From contig NZ_CP036280.1 in NCBI RefSeq assembly GCF_007748075.1, forward strand, positions 1,920,001-1,952,000: 32,000 bases of DNA, given 5' to 3'. Shown piece by piece: positions 1 to 8,567 of this stretch. The DNA comes from Mucisphaera calidilacus (GTDB taxonomy: Bacteria; Planctomycetota; Phycisphaerae; Phycisphaerales; Phycisphaeraceae). Both the position numbers and the translations under genes were made by a program. Within the stretch, counting starts at the first letter, position 1, and each line of letters opens with the position of its first letter. The notes under the pieces are model-generated. The model saw only the letters and a list, made by a program, of their open reading frames with translations. It did not search any database and was not told where the DNA came from.

Positions 1-178
1 CATGAGCCGCTTCTCCTGATTGATGCAGAGCTGATCGCGTTGCCGTCTTGTTCCGCAGTGCCCTGAGTGAGGATACCCGAAAAGGGTTGGCGGGCGCTGG
101 AGTCGATGGAGTCGGCCGGCCTGCGTGCTGGCTCAGGATTGCAAGAGACAGGCGGCTAAGGGGGTGGGAGGTGTGCGC

Positions 179-215
179 AAAAATCAGGCCCGCGGAGCAA
201 GCTCACGCGGGCCTG
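179..215 (-). terminator. Rho-independent terminator downstream of rpsR
   Basis: A perfect 10-bp GC-rich stem pairs caggcccgcg (185-194) with cgcgggcctg (206-215) around an 11-nt loop. On the minus strand it is followed by ATTTTTGCG (the + strand A-run at 179-183). It lies 28 nt past the rpsR stop codon. Confidence 0.75.
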
Positions 216-243
216 GGCGGTGGTGGGCGGTGTTGTGTTGCGA

Positions 244-486
244 CTAGAGGGTCGCGGAGGTGAAGGGCAGGAGTGCCATGAAGCGGGCACGCTTGATGGC
301 CTGTGCGAGGAGTCGCTGTTCACGGGCGTTGAGTCCGGTCTTTTTGCGTGACTGGATTTTGCCGTTGGGGGTCAGGAAGCGGCGGAGGTCCTCGGAGCGT
401 TTGTAGTCGATGTAGAGCTTGCCGTTGGAGGACGTCGTGGTGATCTGGACGCGGGTGCCGGGCGTGAACGAGCGGAAGTCTGCCAT
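244..486 (-). CDS. rpsR: 30S ribosomal protein S18
   Basis: The 80-aa ORF carries the S18 signature: [50 protein letters not shown] Shine-Dalgarno lies about 7 nt upstream of the ATG. Confidence 0.93.
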   Translation of the reverse strand: MADFRSFTPGTRVQITTTSSNGKLYIDYKRSEDLRRFLTPNGKIQSRKKTGLNAREQRLLAQAIKRARFMALLPFTSATL

Positions 487-615
487 AAGTCTGGTCTCCG
501 TCTTGGGTTGTAGCCCCTGCGACTCAGGGACGACGGTTGTGAACGGGGTAATGTACCAGATTGCAGTGAGGGTGTGAAGTGGAAGGCTCCTGCACTGAGT
601 CGATCGAGCGGCGGT

Positions 616-1047
616 CTACTCGAGGAACAAATCGGCCCTGAGTTGAAAATGATCAGCGAGCCTGCGTGCGTGGTCGGCGGTGATTCTGCCCTTCTGCGTG
701 AGGATGCGTCCGACGTTGCTGCGACTGGTTTGGAGGATTTCGGCGAGGTCCTGCTGAGTCAGGTGATTGCTCTGCTTGAGGAGTTTGAGTGCCTCGACGC
801 CTGTCGCCGTGTGTTTGCTGAGGTAGCCCTCGCGTTGCTGGTACTCCACGATGAGGATGCTGATGGTGCTGAGATAGCGGCGCAGGTTTGCGTTGAGGTG
901 GCGACGCGTCGTGAGGTCCTCGGCGACGGCCAGAAACTCGTTGAGATCGAGTTCGGTGACGATCTGACGGGGCACGGGGAATCGCTCCCGGCCGTCGGCC
1001 GCTGACATGGTCACTCCCGAGGCCCACTGGGCGAGGCTCATCACCAT
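616..1047 (-). CDS. higA: HigA-family antitoxin (XRE-type HTH, E. coli YgjM-like)
   Basis: The C-terminal GVEALKLLKQSNHLTQQDLAEILQTSRSNVGRILTQKGRITADHARRLADHFQLRADLFLE aligns by eye with the E. coli HigA C-terminal HTH. It sits directly downstream of higB. I chose the ATG at 1047 (143 aa, 19 nt after the higB stop). In-frame ATGs at 1041, 1092 and 1134 are possible alternatives. Confidence 0.8.
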   Translation of the reverse strand: MVMSLAQWASGVTMSAADGRERFPVPRQIVTELDLNEFLAVAEDLTTRRHLNANLRRYLSTISILIVEYQQREGYLSKHTATGVEALKLLKQSNHLTQQDLAEILQTSRSNVGRILTQKGRITADHARRLADHFQLRADLFLE

Positions 1048-1066
1048 GACCTGCTGTTCGGCGCGT

Positions 1067-1417
1067 TTATGGTTGGCGGTTGGCGTCGTCATTCTTGAGT
1101 CTTTCTTTCCATTGGCCTTTGCTGTACTGGGCATGGGTCATGAACATCTTGATGTAGACGGTTCCGTTTGTTTCTTTCCAGCAGTAGGCGACGCCTGCTA
1201 TGAGCCTGTAGCTGTTGCCTTTGATGTTGAAGACGTAGACTTCGCGGTCTTTTCCGATGCGGACACGATCTGCGGTCTTGAAGGTTGCTCGGAGTTCTCG
1301 GAACGAGTGCCACCGTGCGTGCTCCACGGTTTCGACCCAGACGTCCACGAGCCTGCGAACGTCGGCGGGGTGTGGCCGGGTCAGATCGCGGAGCCTTGTG
1401 GTGGTGATAACCCTCAT
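1067..1417 (-). CDS. higB: HigB-family mRNA interferase toxin (E. coli YgjN-like, HigB_toxin fold)
   Basis: The MRVITTT... start and the core VYVFNIKGNSYRLIAGVAY....VYIKMFMTHAQYSK match the HigB pattern (MHVIS..., V.D..GN..RLI..I........I....H.EYDK). The toxin-first gene order is typical of higBA. The ATG at 1417 is preferred over the track's GTG at 1441. Confidence 0.8.
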   Translation of the reverse strand: MRVITTTRLRDLTRPHPADVRRLVDVWVETVEHARWHSFRELRATFKTADRVRIGKDREVYVFNIKGNSYRLIAGVAYCWKETNGTVYIKMFMTHAQYSKGQWKERLKNDDANRQP

Positions 1418-1425
1418 GGTCGCAT

Positions 1426-1482
1426 TGTGAGGATAGATCACACATCGGCAGAATCAAGGGCGATCTGTGATTATTCCTCACA
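1426..1482 (-). promoter_or_regulatory. higBA promoter with two TGTGA-N7-TCACA operator palindromes
   Basis: The palindromes are TGTGAGGATAGATCACA (1426-1442) and TGTGATTATTCCTCACA (1466-1482), with centres 40 bp apart. Between them, on the minus strand, lies TTGATT (1457-1452), a 16-nt spacer and TATCCT (1435-1430). The -10 sits inside the proximal palindrome. Only 12 nt separate the -10 from the ATG and there is no SD, so the mRNA would be nearly leaderless. Confidence 0.6.
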
Positions 1483-1521
1483 TTCCTCCGTGTGGATGGC
1501 TGACTGCCCCCCGCTGCCGGT

Positions 1522-2640
1522 TTAAACCGTCTCGACCGGGGGTTTGTCGGTCCTGGCGATGAGGATGTCCGGGGGTGCTTGGGTGAACTCGGCGAGGATG
1601 CGTTCGCGGTAGGCGGGGAGGTAGACGCGTTCGGTGTTGGTGTGGCCTGCGAGGATGAGACCGATGCCCTGTTCGACGGCGTCGAGGGCGTCGTGGTGGC
1701 GCATCTCGCCGGTGAAGAAGACGTCGATGGGTCCGGCGTGCTCGATGAGTGATCCGCCTGCGCCGGCGCAGAGGCCAATGGTTCGGATGCTTCCTTTACG
1801 GGCGGGCCTGTGTGCTTTGAGGAAGGGGATATTGAGTCCCTTTTTGAGGCGTTCGATCAGTCGTGCGAAGGTGGTGACGCGTTTGAGTTCGAGGATGCGG
1901 CCCTGTCCTGCGATGGATGGCGTGTCGGGCGGTTGTTCGAGGGGGATGATGTCGAAGGCGGGTTCTTCGTAGGGGTGGACGGATCGGAGGAGGCGTGCGG
2001 CGTCGGCGACGAGGTTGTGGGGGAGGATCATCTCGAGTCGGATTTCGGGGACGCGTTCGAGCTGTCCGGCGCGGCCGACGGTCGGGTTAGCCGACGGGAG
2101 TCCTCGGAAGGTGCCGTGCCCGGCGTGGACGAAGGAGCATGCTTCGTAGTCGCCTATGAGGCCGGCGCCGATGCTGGTGAGTGCGTTGCGGACACGGTCT
2201 TCGCTCTTTTCGGGGACGAAGGTGACGAGTTTGACGTTGCGTGTGCCGTTGCGTGGCGCGGGGATGATGGGTCGGACGCGGCCTGGACCGATGAGATCGG
2301 CGAGGAAGTCGTTGAGTCCGTTGGGTGTAGCGTCGAGGGCGGTGTGAGGGGCGTAGACGCTGATGTTGTGCCTGGCGGCGAGGAGCGCGACCTCAGCCTT
2401 GTGGTGATCGTCGGTCAGTCTGGGGAGTGGTTTAAAGATGGGCGGGTGGTAGGCGATGATGAAGTCGGCGTGGTGCTCGATGGCTTCGTTGACGACGGGG
2501 AGGGTGAGGTCGATGCAGAGCATCGCGCGGCGTACGCGTGCGTTGCGTGAGCCGATGTGGAGACCGGGCTGGTCCCAGGATTCGGCGTATCGGGTGGGCG
2601 CGATTTTCTCGAGCGCCGCGATCATCTCCTCGACCTTCAT
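1522..2640 (-). CDS. Nif3-like dinuclear metal center protein (YqfO/GTP cyclohydrolase 1 type 2 family)
   Basis: From MKVEEMIAALEKIAPTRYAESWDQPGLHIGS the sequence runs through ..DFIIAYHPPIF..HNISVYAPHTALD.. to a C-terminal FFTGEMRHHD, with a PII-like insert. The product is 372 aa. The 86 residues the track adds upstream are P/A/S-rich and are not coding in my reading. Confidence 0.85.
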   Translation of the reverse strand: MKVEEMIAALEKIAPTRYAESWDQPGLHIGSRNARVRRAMLCIDLTLPVVNEAIEHHADFIIAYHPPIFKPLPRLTDDHHKAEVALLAARHNISVYAPHTALDATPNGLNDFLADLIGPGRVRPIIPAPRNGTRNVKLVTFVPEKSEDRVRNALTSIGAGLIGDYEACSFVHAGHGTFRGLPSANPTVGRAGQLERVPEIRLEMILPHNLVADAARLLRSVHPYEEPAFDIIPLEQPPDTPSIAGQGRILELKRVTTFARLIERLKKGLNIPFLKAHRPARKGSIRTIGLCAGAGGSLIEHAGPIDVFFTGEMRHHDALDAVEQGIGLILAGHTNTERVYLPAYRERILAEFTQAPPDILIARTDKPPVETV

Positions 2641-2741
2641 GGTGGTTGAGGATAGTGGCATCGGGGAGATTTTGCAGCCCTGCGGCCGGGATGTCGATGA
2701 GTAGGGTTGGACTGCACGATGATCTGGGCAGGAAGTGACGC

Positions 2742-3383
2742 ATGAGCAGCAAGGTAGGACGCGATCAGGGAACGACTCGGGTTGCCGGGACCATGACGCC
2801 TGAGATTGCGGAGCAGCGTGTCCGTCTGGGTGCGCGGCTGTTGCAGGCGGCGCAGGAGCGACTGGAGGCGCGTGAGTCGTGGCACCAGGAGACGACATCG
2901 ACGGTGGAGGCGTTGCGTGGCTGTGTGGAGCGTTCGGACAAGCGTGTCGCAGTGTACGAGCAGCAGTTGGCGCAGTTCGAGAAGGCGTTGATGCAGGAGC
3001 AGGCGTCGCACGAGCGTGAGCGCGAGGCGTTCAAGCAGGCGCTGGGGATTTTGACGGAGCAGCTTGCGGGGGCGGAGCGAACGATTCAGAAGCTGACGCG
3101 TCGTCTGGATCTTCAGGACCGTCATCTGGCAGAGTTGAATGGCGCGTTGCTTCGTCTGGAGGCGCGTCCGTCGGTGGTTGAGCAGCCTGTGGTGCGGATG
3201 GCGGACGAGCCGGCGGCCGAGGTCGTCGCGGAGTCGGAGCTTGTGACCGGCGATCTGCCGGTGGTGCCGGTTGACGATGACGCGTCGAAGCGGCCTGTTT
3301 ACCGCGAGTTGCTGGCGCAGCTGCGTGAGCAGTCGTCTTCGGTTCGGCTGGATGAAGTCGAGCCGACGCGTCAGGCGGGCTGA
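2742..3383 (+). CDS. Hypothetical coiled-coil protein
   Basis: The 213-aa ORF uses the G/T-ending codon style of + strand genes. A heptad-like Q/E/R/L-rich region (QQLAQFEKALMQEQASHEREREAFKQALGILTEQLAGAERTIQKLTRRLDLQDRHLAELN) is followed by an acidic tail. I recognise no family and the start is uncertain. Confidence 0.5.
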   Translation: MSSKVGRDQGTTRVAGTMTPEIAEQRVRLGARLLQAAQERLEARESWHQETTSTVEALRGCVERSDKRVAVYEQQLAQFEKALMQEQASHEREREAFKQALGILTEQLAGAERTIQKLTRRLDLQDRHLAELNGALLRLEARPSVVEQPVVRMADEPAAEVVAESELVTGDLPVVPVDDDASKRPVYRELLAQLREQSSSVRLDEVEPTRQAG

Positions 3384-3407
3384 GGCTCTTGTGATCGGGG
3401 GGATGAT

Positions 3408-4568
3408 TCAGGCGGCGTTCGGGGTTGCGTTGGGCATGACGAGTTGGTCGTAGATCTCGATGACGCGTTGCATGCGATTGAGGAAGCTGTAGTGGGTTTC
3501 GATGCGTGCGCGTGCGTTTCGGATGAGGTTGTTGCGTGCGTTGCCGTCGGTGAGGAGTGCGGCGATTCGTGGTGCCCAGTTTTCGGGTTGGTCGTCGAGG
3601 AGGATGCCTGCCTTGCCCTGCTCGAGGAGGTTGCGTACGCCGCCGACGGGGGTTGCCGCGACGGGCACTTCGAGTGCCATGGCTTCGAGGAGTGCGTTGG
3701 GCAGTCCTTCGACGGTGCTGGTGAGGAGTTGGAGATCGAGTGCCTGGATGTGGTTGCGGATGTCGGCGGTCCAGCCGTGGAAGTGGATGCGGCTGAGGGC
3801 GTTGCGGGCCTGGGCCTGCTGTTCGAGCTGGTCGCGTTGGGGTCCGTCGCCAAGGATGTGGAGTTCGGCGTCGATGCCGAGTTGGAGCAGGTGGTGGAAA
3901 GTTTCGATGGCGCGGTCGACGCGTTTTTCGCCTGAGAGTCGAGCGACGACGCCAAGGGCGTATCGCTCGGGGTTGAGGTTGAGGATCTGCTTGGCCTCGG
4001 TGGTGGTGAGGGTTCGTGAGAAGTCGTTGAGTTCGATGGCGTTGGGGATGTGGGAGAGTCGGTCGGGGCTCACGGAGGCCTTGCGTGCGGATTCGAGGAG
4101 GTCGGGGCTGACGGCGATGACGCGGTCGTAGGCGCGGAGGCACTGCCGTCCGATCTCGTAGAGGAACTGTGCCTTGCGGTCGGCGTGGACGTAGCCGTGG
4201 AGTGTGGAGATGAGTTTGATGTGCCGTAGTCCGCGGATCATGAGCCCGAGGGCTTCGCTCTTGTAGTCGTGAGCGTGCCAGATGGTGACGTTGAGGTCGC
4301 GGCAGAGTCTGGCGAGTCGGAAGGCGGAGGTGGCGTCGAAGGCGCCGCGGTCGGCGATGGCGAAGACGGGGGCTTTTTCGCGTTTGGCGCGTTCGAGGAT
4401 GGTATTGATGCCGTCGTGTCCGGGGGGGTGGATGTAGGCGGCGGCGGCGCGGTATCCGGCCTGCCGGAGGTAGCGCATGGAGCGGAGGATGGTCTTGTCG
4501 GGTCCCCCGCCTTGATCGGCGACGACGCGGACGTGGAGCACGGTGGGTCGGTGTTGTTGGTGTGCCAT
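3408..4568 (-). CDS. Glycosyltransferase family 4 (GT-B, Glycos_transf_1)
   Basis: The 386-aa ORF has an N-terminal VLHVRVVADQGGGPDKTIL and a C-terminal GT1 core: RLSGEKRVD....LHILGDGPQRDQL....FHGW....LLTSTVEGLPNALLEAMALEVPVAATPVGG. Its ATG lies 1 nt after the stop of the upstream radical SAM gene. Confidence 0.85.
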   Translation of the reverse strand: MAHQQHRPTVLHVRVVADQGGGPDKTILRSMRYLRQAGYRAAAAYIHPPGHDGINTILERAKREKAPVFAIADRGAFDATSAFRLARLCRDLNVTIWHAHDYKSEALGLMIRGLRHIKLISTLHGYVHADRKAQFLYEIGRQCLRAYDRVIAVSPDLLESARKASVSPDRLSHIPNAIELNDFSRTLTTTEAKQILNLNPERYALGVVARLSGEKRVDRAIETFHHLLQLGIDAELHILGDGPQRDQLEQQAQARNALSRIHFHGWTADIRNHIQALDLQLLTSTVEGLPNALLEAMALEVPVAATPVGGVRNLLEQGKAGILLDDQPENWAPRIAALLTDGNARNNLIRNARARIETHYSFLNRMQRVIEIYDQLVMPNATPNAA

Positions 4569-4569
4569 G

Positions 4570-5817
4570 TCAGAGCATAAATCCGGGGCAGGTTGTGCAG
4601 GGGTTGTCCTTGGCGTCGGTTGCGTTGACGCGTTTTGTGAAGCTGCGTCGCGCGGCGCGGTAGACGGGGCCGTTCCAGACCTTCGCGAATCCGTGTTCGA
4701 AGACGTTGCCCATGTCTTCTTCGGGTGCGAAGGATCCGCAGCAGACGGCGACTTCGCCGTCCCAGTTGATGACGCTCTGGCGCCACGGCCAGTCGCAGTT
4801 GAACGTCTTGTTGCCGTTGAAGTGGTCGGGTTCGAGGGGTTTGCCGTCGAGGATGTCGCGGTAGGGTTCGAGGGCGAACTCGTCTTCCTCGGGGAGCCAC
4901 TTCTGGATGTGTGAGCGTACGCGTTGTTCGAGCAGGTCCTTGTCGAGACCGAGGGGCACGAGTTTCTCGTCGCGGTCCTTGAAGCGGATGTTGAGGGAGG
5001 GGGTGCTGAAGACGGCCTTGCAGCCGAGTTCGTCGGCGAGCTTCTGGAAGGCGTCGCGTTCGTGCTGGTTGTACTTGGTGACGACGAAGTTGAGCTGGAC
5101 GAAGGGCGTGCGTGAGCCCATGGCGTCGCGGGTCCTGATGATGTGTCGGATCTTCTCGATGCCGTCGGCGAGGGACTTGCCGGGCTGGTAGATGGCGAAG
5201 GTTTCCTGGGTGGCGGCGTGGAGGGAGCAGGTCATGAGGTCGAGACCGGACTCGACGAGTCTGGTGGCCTGGTCTTTGGTTTCGCCCTTCTTCGGCTTGA
5301 TCTTGAAGGCGTGGAGGTTGGAGGAGATGTAGGTCCAGATGCCGCGGTCGTGGGCGTAGCGGATCATGTTGTGGATATCGGGGACGATGAGGGGGTCGCC
5401 CCACATGGAGAGGTCGAGTGCGACGAGGTGCCATTTGAGTTCGTCGACGAGTTTTTTGTACTGCTCGGTCTGCATCTTGCCCTTGGGTCGTCCTTCGAGT
5501 CCGATGCCGGTGGGGCAGAGCTGGCACTTGGTGTTGCAGATGTTGGTGGACTCGATCTTCATGGTGTAGGGGCGGCCGAGGACGCGTTCGGTCTTGAAGT
5601 AGAACTGCGTGTTGACGAGCGCTATGTTGAGGAGCTTGAGGGTGGTGTAGTAGCGGTGGTTGCGGTAGAGGTGGTAGGCGCCTTTGGCGGCGATGTCGAC
5701 GCAGGCGGCGATGGGTGCGAGGAGGCGCCAGGATTTGCGGAGGCGTTCGCGCCAGGCGCCGGTGCGCTTGACGATGCGTGCCAGGCCGGCGTCGAGATCG
5801 ATGGCGATGGCGGTCAT
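4570..5817 (-). CDS. Radical SAM protein with C-terminal SPASM-type Cys-rich domain
   Basis: The CX3CX2C motif is present in ESTNICNTKCQLCPTG. The Cys-rich tail reads FNCDWPWRQSVINWDGEVAVCCGSF ... NPCTTCPG. About 95 aa precede the cluster motif. The ATG at 5817 is preceded by GGAG; the track's GTG at 5832 would overlap the upstream gene by 11 nt. Confidence 0.8.
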   Translation of the reverse strand: MTAIAIDLDAGLARIVKRTGAWRERLRKSWRLLAPIAACVDIAAKGAYHLYRNHRYYTTLKLLNIALVNTQFYFKTERVLGRPYTMKIESTNICNTKCQLCPTGIGLEGRPKGKMQTEQYKKLVDELKWHLVALDLSMWGDPLIVPDIHNMIRYAHDRGIWTYISSNLHAFKIKPKKGETKDQATRLVESGLDLMTCSLHAATQETFAIYQPGKSLADGIEKIRHIIRTRDAMGSRTPFVQLNFVVTKYNQHERDAFQKLADELGCKAVFSTPSLNIRFKDRDEKLVPLGLDKDLLEQRVRSHIQKWLPEEDEFALEPYRDILDGKPLEPDHFNGNKTFNCDWPWRQSVINWDGEVAVCCGSFAPEEDMGNVFEHGFAKVWNGPVYRAARRSFTKRVNATDAKDNPCTTCPGFML

Positions 5818-5821
5818 GTGG

Positions 5822-7195
5822 TCAGGCTCCACGCAGCCGGAGGTTTCCCGTCCAGGTCTGGTCGTTGGTTCGTGGTTGGGGTTGGGTGTCGGTGACGGTG
5901 ATGTTGCGGGCGTCGTTGAGTGTGTTGTTGAGTGCGATGGGCGCGACGCCGCCGATGGTCAGGAGCAGCCAGCCGTACTCGAAGACTTCCAGTGAGAGGA
6001 AGACGCTGCCGACGAGGAAGGTGATGATGCTGGCCTGGAGGCCGATGCAGACGAAGCCGGTCTTCTTGAGTTCGTCGATGGTTTCGGGTCGTAGGTGGTT
6101 GTCTTCGGCGTGGCGTCGGGCGCGTTTGGCGGTCTTGCCGAGGTTGACGACGGCGATGGCGGCGATGGTGAGGTAGAGGCCGCAGGCGGGTAGCCCGGTG
6201 TCGGCGGCGATCTGGAGGTACTGGTTGTGGACGGCGCGTTCGGGTTTGAGTGTGCCGTAGTTCTGCATGAACTGGGGCGAGTTGCGGATGCCTACGCCCA
6301 GGAGCGGGTGGTCCATGGCGATGGCCCAGGCGGCGGACCAGGTGGTGAAGCGTGACTGGGCGGAGGGGTCGGTGTCGTAGTGCTGGGAGGAGAGGAATTC
6401 CTCGCGGATTTCGGGTCCGGCCATGACGGCGACGAGGACGATGGTCGCGAGTGATCCGCCGAGCGCCTGGAAGCGTGGTCGGTGCCGGATGGCGAGCCAG
6501 AGCAGTCCGGTGCAGGCTGCGAGCATGGCGCCGCGCGAGTAGCTGAGCATGGTGGCGTGGAGCATGAGGAGTCCTGCGCCGGCGGCGGCGACACGGAGCC
6601 AGAGTCGGTTAAAGCCTCCTGCGCCCATGACGAAGGCGTAGGCGATGGGCACGCCCATGGCCATCATGAGCCCGGCGCCGTTGTTGTCGAAGCCGGCGTA
6701 GCCGCGGTGGAAGATGTCGAGTCGGTAGCCCTCGAAGAAGTACTGGACGTTGAAGGTGTAGGCGAGGTATCCGACGGTGGCGAGGAGCATGAGGGCGAGG
6801 GCGCGGATCTCCCAGAGTCGGCTGATGATGAGGTAGGCGAGGAAGGCGACGAGGAGGACCTTGGCGTACTCGGTGCCCCAGATCTGGGCGCGTTGGGTGT
6901 CGTAGGCGGTGAGTGTGCTGAAGGTGAGGAGCAGGGAGAATCCCAGCAGCGCGAGCAGGAAGGGCGTGAGTCGGATGCGTCGGAAGAGGTCGGAGAAGTG
7001 GATGGTGACGCTGAGCAGGAGCAGGCCTGCGGCGATGAGGGACCATCGGATGTTGCCTGAGAGTGCCCAGTTCCAGAGTGCCTGGGGGCGCATGACGGCG
7101 AAACCGTAGTAGAGCAGCAGCGGCCAGAAGGGCGAGACCATCGATGCGATGGTTGTCGCGAGGACCAGGATGCAGAGCAGGAGGAACTGCTTCAC
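5822..7195 (-). CDS. O-antigen ligase-like (Wzy_C) polytopic membrane protein
   Basis: The 457-aa ORF has about 10-12 hydrophobic helices. The Wzy_C-like core is LLMLHATMLSYSRGAMLAACTGLLWLAIRHRPRF, followed by a periplasmic loop and then AVHNQYLQIAADTGL. It has a GTG start with GAAAGG upstream. Confidence 0.75.
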   Translation of the reverse strand: MKQFLLLCILVLATTIASMVSPFWPLLLYYGFAVMRPQALWNWALSGNIRWSLIAAGLLLLSVTIHFSDLFRRIRLTPFLLALLGFSLLLTFSTLTAYDTQRAQIWGTEYAKVLLVAFLAYLIISRLWEIRALALMLLATVGYLAYTFNVQYFFEGYRLDIFHRGYAGFDNNGAGLMMAMGVPIAYAFVMGAGGFNRLWLRVAAAGAGLLMLHATMLSYSRGAMLAACTGLLWLAIRHRPRFQALGGSLATIVLVAVMAGPEIREEFLSSQHYDTDPSAQSRFTTWSAAWAIAMDHPLLGVGIRNSPQFMQNYGTLKPERAVHNQYLQIAADTGLPACGLYLTIAAIAVVNLGKTAKRARRHAEDNHLRPETIDELKKTGFVCIGLQASIITFLVGSVFLSLEVFEYGWLLLTIGGVAPIALNNTLNDARNITVTDTQPQPRTNDQTWTGNLRLRGA

Positions 7196-7376
7196 GGTGG
7201 GCCTTTCGTGGCCGGGTCATGCCGAGAATCGCCAGCCCGCGTGAGCTGGAGTCTCGTTACAGAACGGATCGTCGGCACAATCGGTGGAGGCCTTAAGGTC
7301 CGATGTGAAGCGTGAGATATGGGGCGTCGGCGGCGGATTACCGGACGGGGTGGCGGGGATAGGTTGGGGCGGGTGC

Positions 7377-8567
7377 TCAGGCGGAGACGGCGGCGGCGGA
7401 CTCGGCGAGTTCGAAGAGGGCGTCGCAGGCGTACTTGACGTCCTGGAGGGTGGTGTAGGGTCCGAAGCTAAAGCGCGTGGTGCCGGCGCGGTCGCGTGTG
7501 CCGATGGTGTGGTGTGCGAGCGGGGCGCAGTGGATGCCTGAGCGTGTGAGGATGCCGTAGCGTTGTTCGAGGGTGTCCGAGAGTTGTGCGGGCTGGTCGT
7601 ATCCGTCGATGCGGATGCTGAAGACGCCGCAACGGTTGGCGATGCCGGGCGGCCCGTAGAGGTGGACGCCCTGGTCGGCGGCGGCGGTGAGTCCCTCGAT
7701 CATGACCTGCATGAGGGATTGCTGGTGCTTCCAGAGCTTGTCGACGGTCTGGCCGAGGATCCAGTTGACGCCTTCGGAGAGCCCGATGATGCCGATGGCG
7801 TTGTGGCTGCCGGGCTCGTACTTGTCGGGCATAAAGTCGGGCTGGGTGTCGCGTTCGGAGACGGAGCCGGTGCCGCCCTCGCGGACGGTGTTGAGGTGTT
7901 TTTCGAGTCCGGGCCGGATATAGAGCCCGCCGGTGCCGAGGGGTCCGAGGAGGCCTTTGTGTCCGGGGAAGGCGAGTAGGTCGATGTGGTCGGCCTGGAC
8001 GTCGAGGGGAACGTGGCCTAGGGACTGTGCGGCGTCGACGAGGAAGGGGACGGCCATCTCGCGGCAGATGCGGCCGATGTCGCGGACGGGCTGGAGGGTT
8101 CCGGTGACGTTGGAGCCGTGGAGCAGGGCGACAAGGCGTGTGTTCTTGCGCACGGCCTTGCGCACGTCGTCGGGATCGACGAGTCCGGTGCGGGCATCGA
8201 CGGGAAGGCGTGTCTGCTCGACGAGGTTGTCGGCGACGAGTTTGTTGAAGGGGCGGAGGATGGAGTTGTGGTCGAGGTCGGTGGTGATGACGTGGTCGCC
8301 GGGGCGTAACATGCCGCGTATGCCGAGGTTGAGGGCGTCGGAGGTGTTGAGGGTGAAGATGACGTGGTCGGGGTTTTCGCCGTTGATGAGGCGGTTGAGT
8401 CGTTCGCGGCAGGCGTTCATGAGCCGTCCGGATTCGCGGGCTTCTGCGTAGGCGCCGCGTCCCGGGCTGGCGCCGAGTTCGGTGGCGTAGCGGGTCATCG
8501 CCTGGGCGACCTCGGGCGGCTTGGGGAAGCTGGTGGCGGCGTTGTCCATGTAAAGGCGTCGGGTCAT
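7377..8567 (-). CDS. Class V aminotransferase, cysteine desulfurase family
   Basis: The 396-aa ORF starts LYMDNAATSFPKPPEV. It also has FTLNTSDALNL, ALLHGSNVTGT and the PLP-lysine context AFPGHKGLLGPLGTGGLY, plus a C-terminal TRSGIHCAPLAH with a candidate catalytic Cys. Confidence 0.8.
   Translation of the reverse strand: MTRRLYMDNAATSFPKPPEVAQAMTRYATELGASPGRGAYAEARESGRLMNACRERLNRLINGENPDHVIFTLNTSDALNLGIRGMLRPGDHVITTDLDHNSILRPFNKLVADNLVEQTRLPVDARTGLVDPDDVRKAVRKNTRLVALLHGSNVTGTLQPVRDIGRICREMAVPFLVDAAQSLGHVPLDVQADHIDLLAFPGHKGLLGPLGTGGLYIRPGLEKHLNTVREGGTGSVSERDTQPDFMPDKYEPGSHNAIGIIGLSEGVNWILGQTVDKLWKHQQSLMQVMIEGLTAAADQGVHLYGPPGIANRCGVFSIRIDGYDQPAQLSDTLEQRYGILTRSGIHCAPLAHHTIGTRDRAGTTRFSFGPYTTLQDVKYACDALFELAESAAAVSA

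Noticed and set aside
1-22. At the left edge, CAT at 1-3 preceded on the minus strand by AGGAGAAG looks like the RBS and ATG of a - strand gene running off the window. It could be rplI downstream of rpsR.
   Set aside because: Only the start codon is inside the window, so no coding evidence is available.
616-1441. I considered the higBA cassette as a recent horizontal acquisition, because it appears somewhat less GC-rich than its neighbours.
   Set aside because: Its synonymous codon choices (C- and A-ending) match the dialect of other - strand genes. I saw no flanking repeats or integrase. I cannot claim recent transfer.
2641-2898. The track adds an 86-aa N-terminal extension to the nif3 ORF.
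   Set aside because: The extension is P/A/S/C-rich. Conserved Nif3 sequence starts at MKVEEMIAAL (ATG at 2640). The extension would also overlap the divergent neighbour's upstream region.
3031-5527. P/R/T-rich ORFs (3031-4143, 3371-3955, 4238-5527) overlap the GT4 and radical SAM genes.
   Set aside because: These are out-of-frame shadows of well-supported CDSs and their composition is typical of the C-rich strand.
7196-7279. A possible 27-codon upstream ORF (GTG...TGA) has a stop that overlaps the GTG start of the Wzy-like gene. I considered it as a leader or an rSAM precursor peptide.
   Set aside because: It has no SD (it is preceded by CCTCC) and no cysteines or other RiPP-like features, and its composition is not distinctive. 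I cannot support it.
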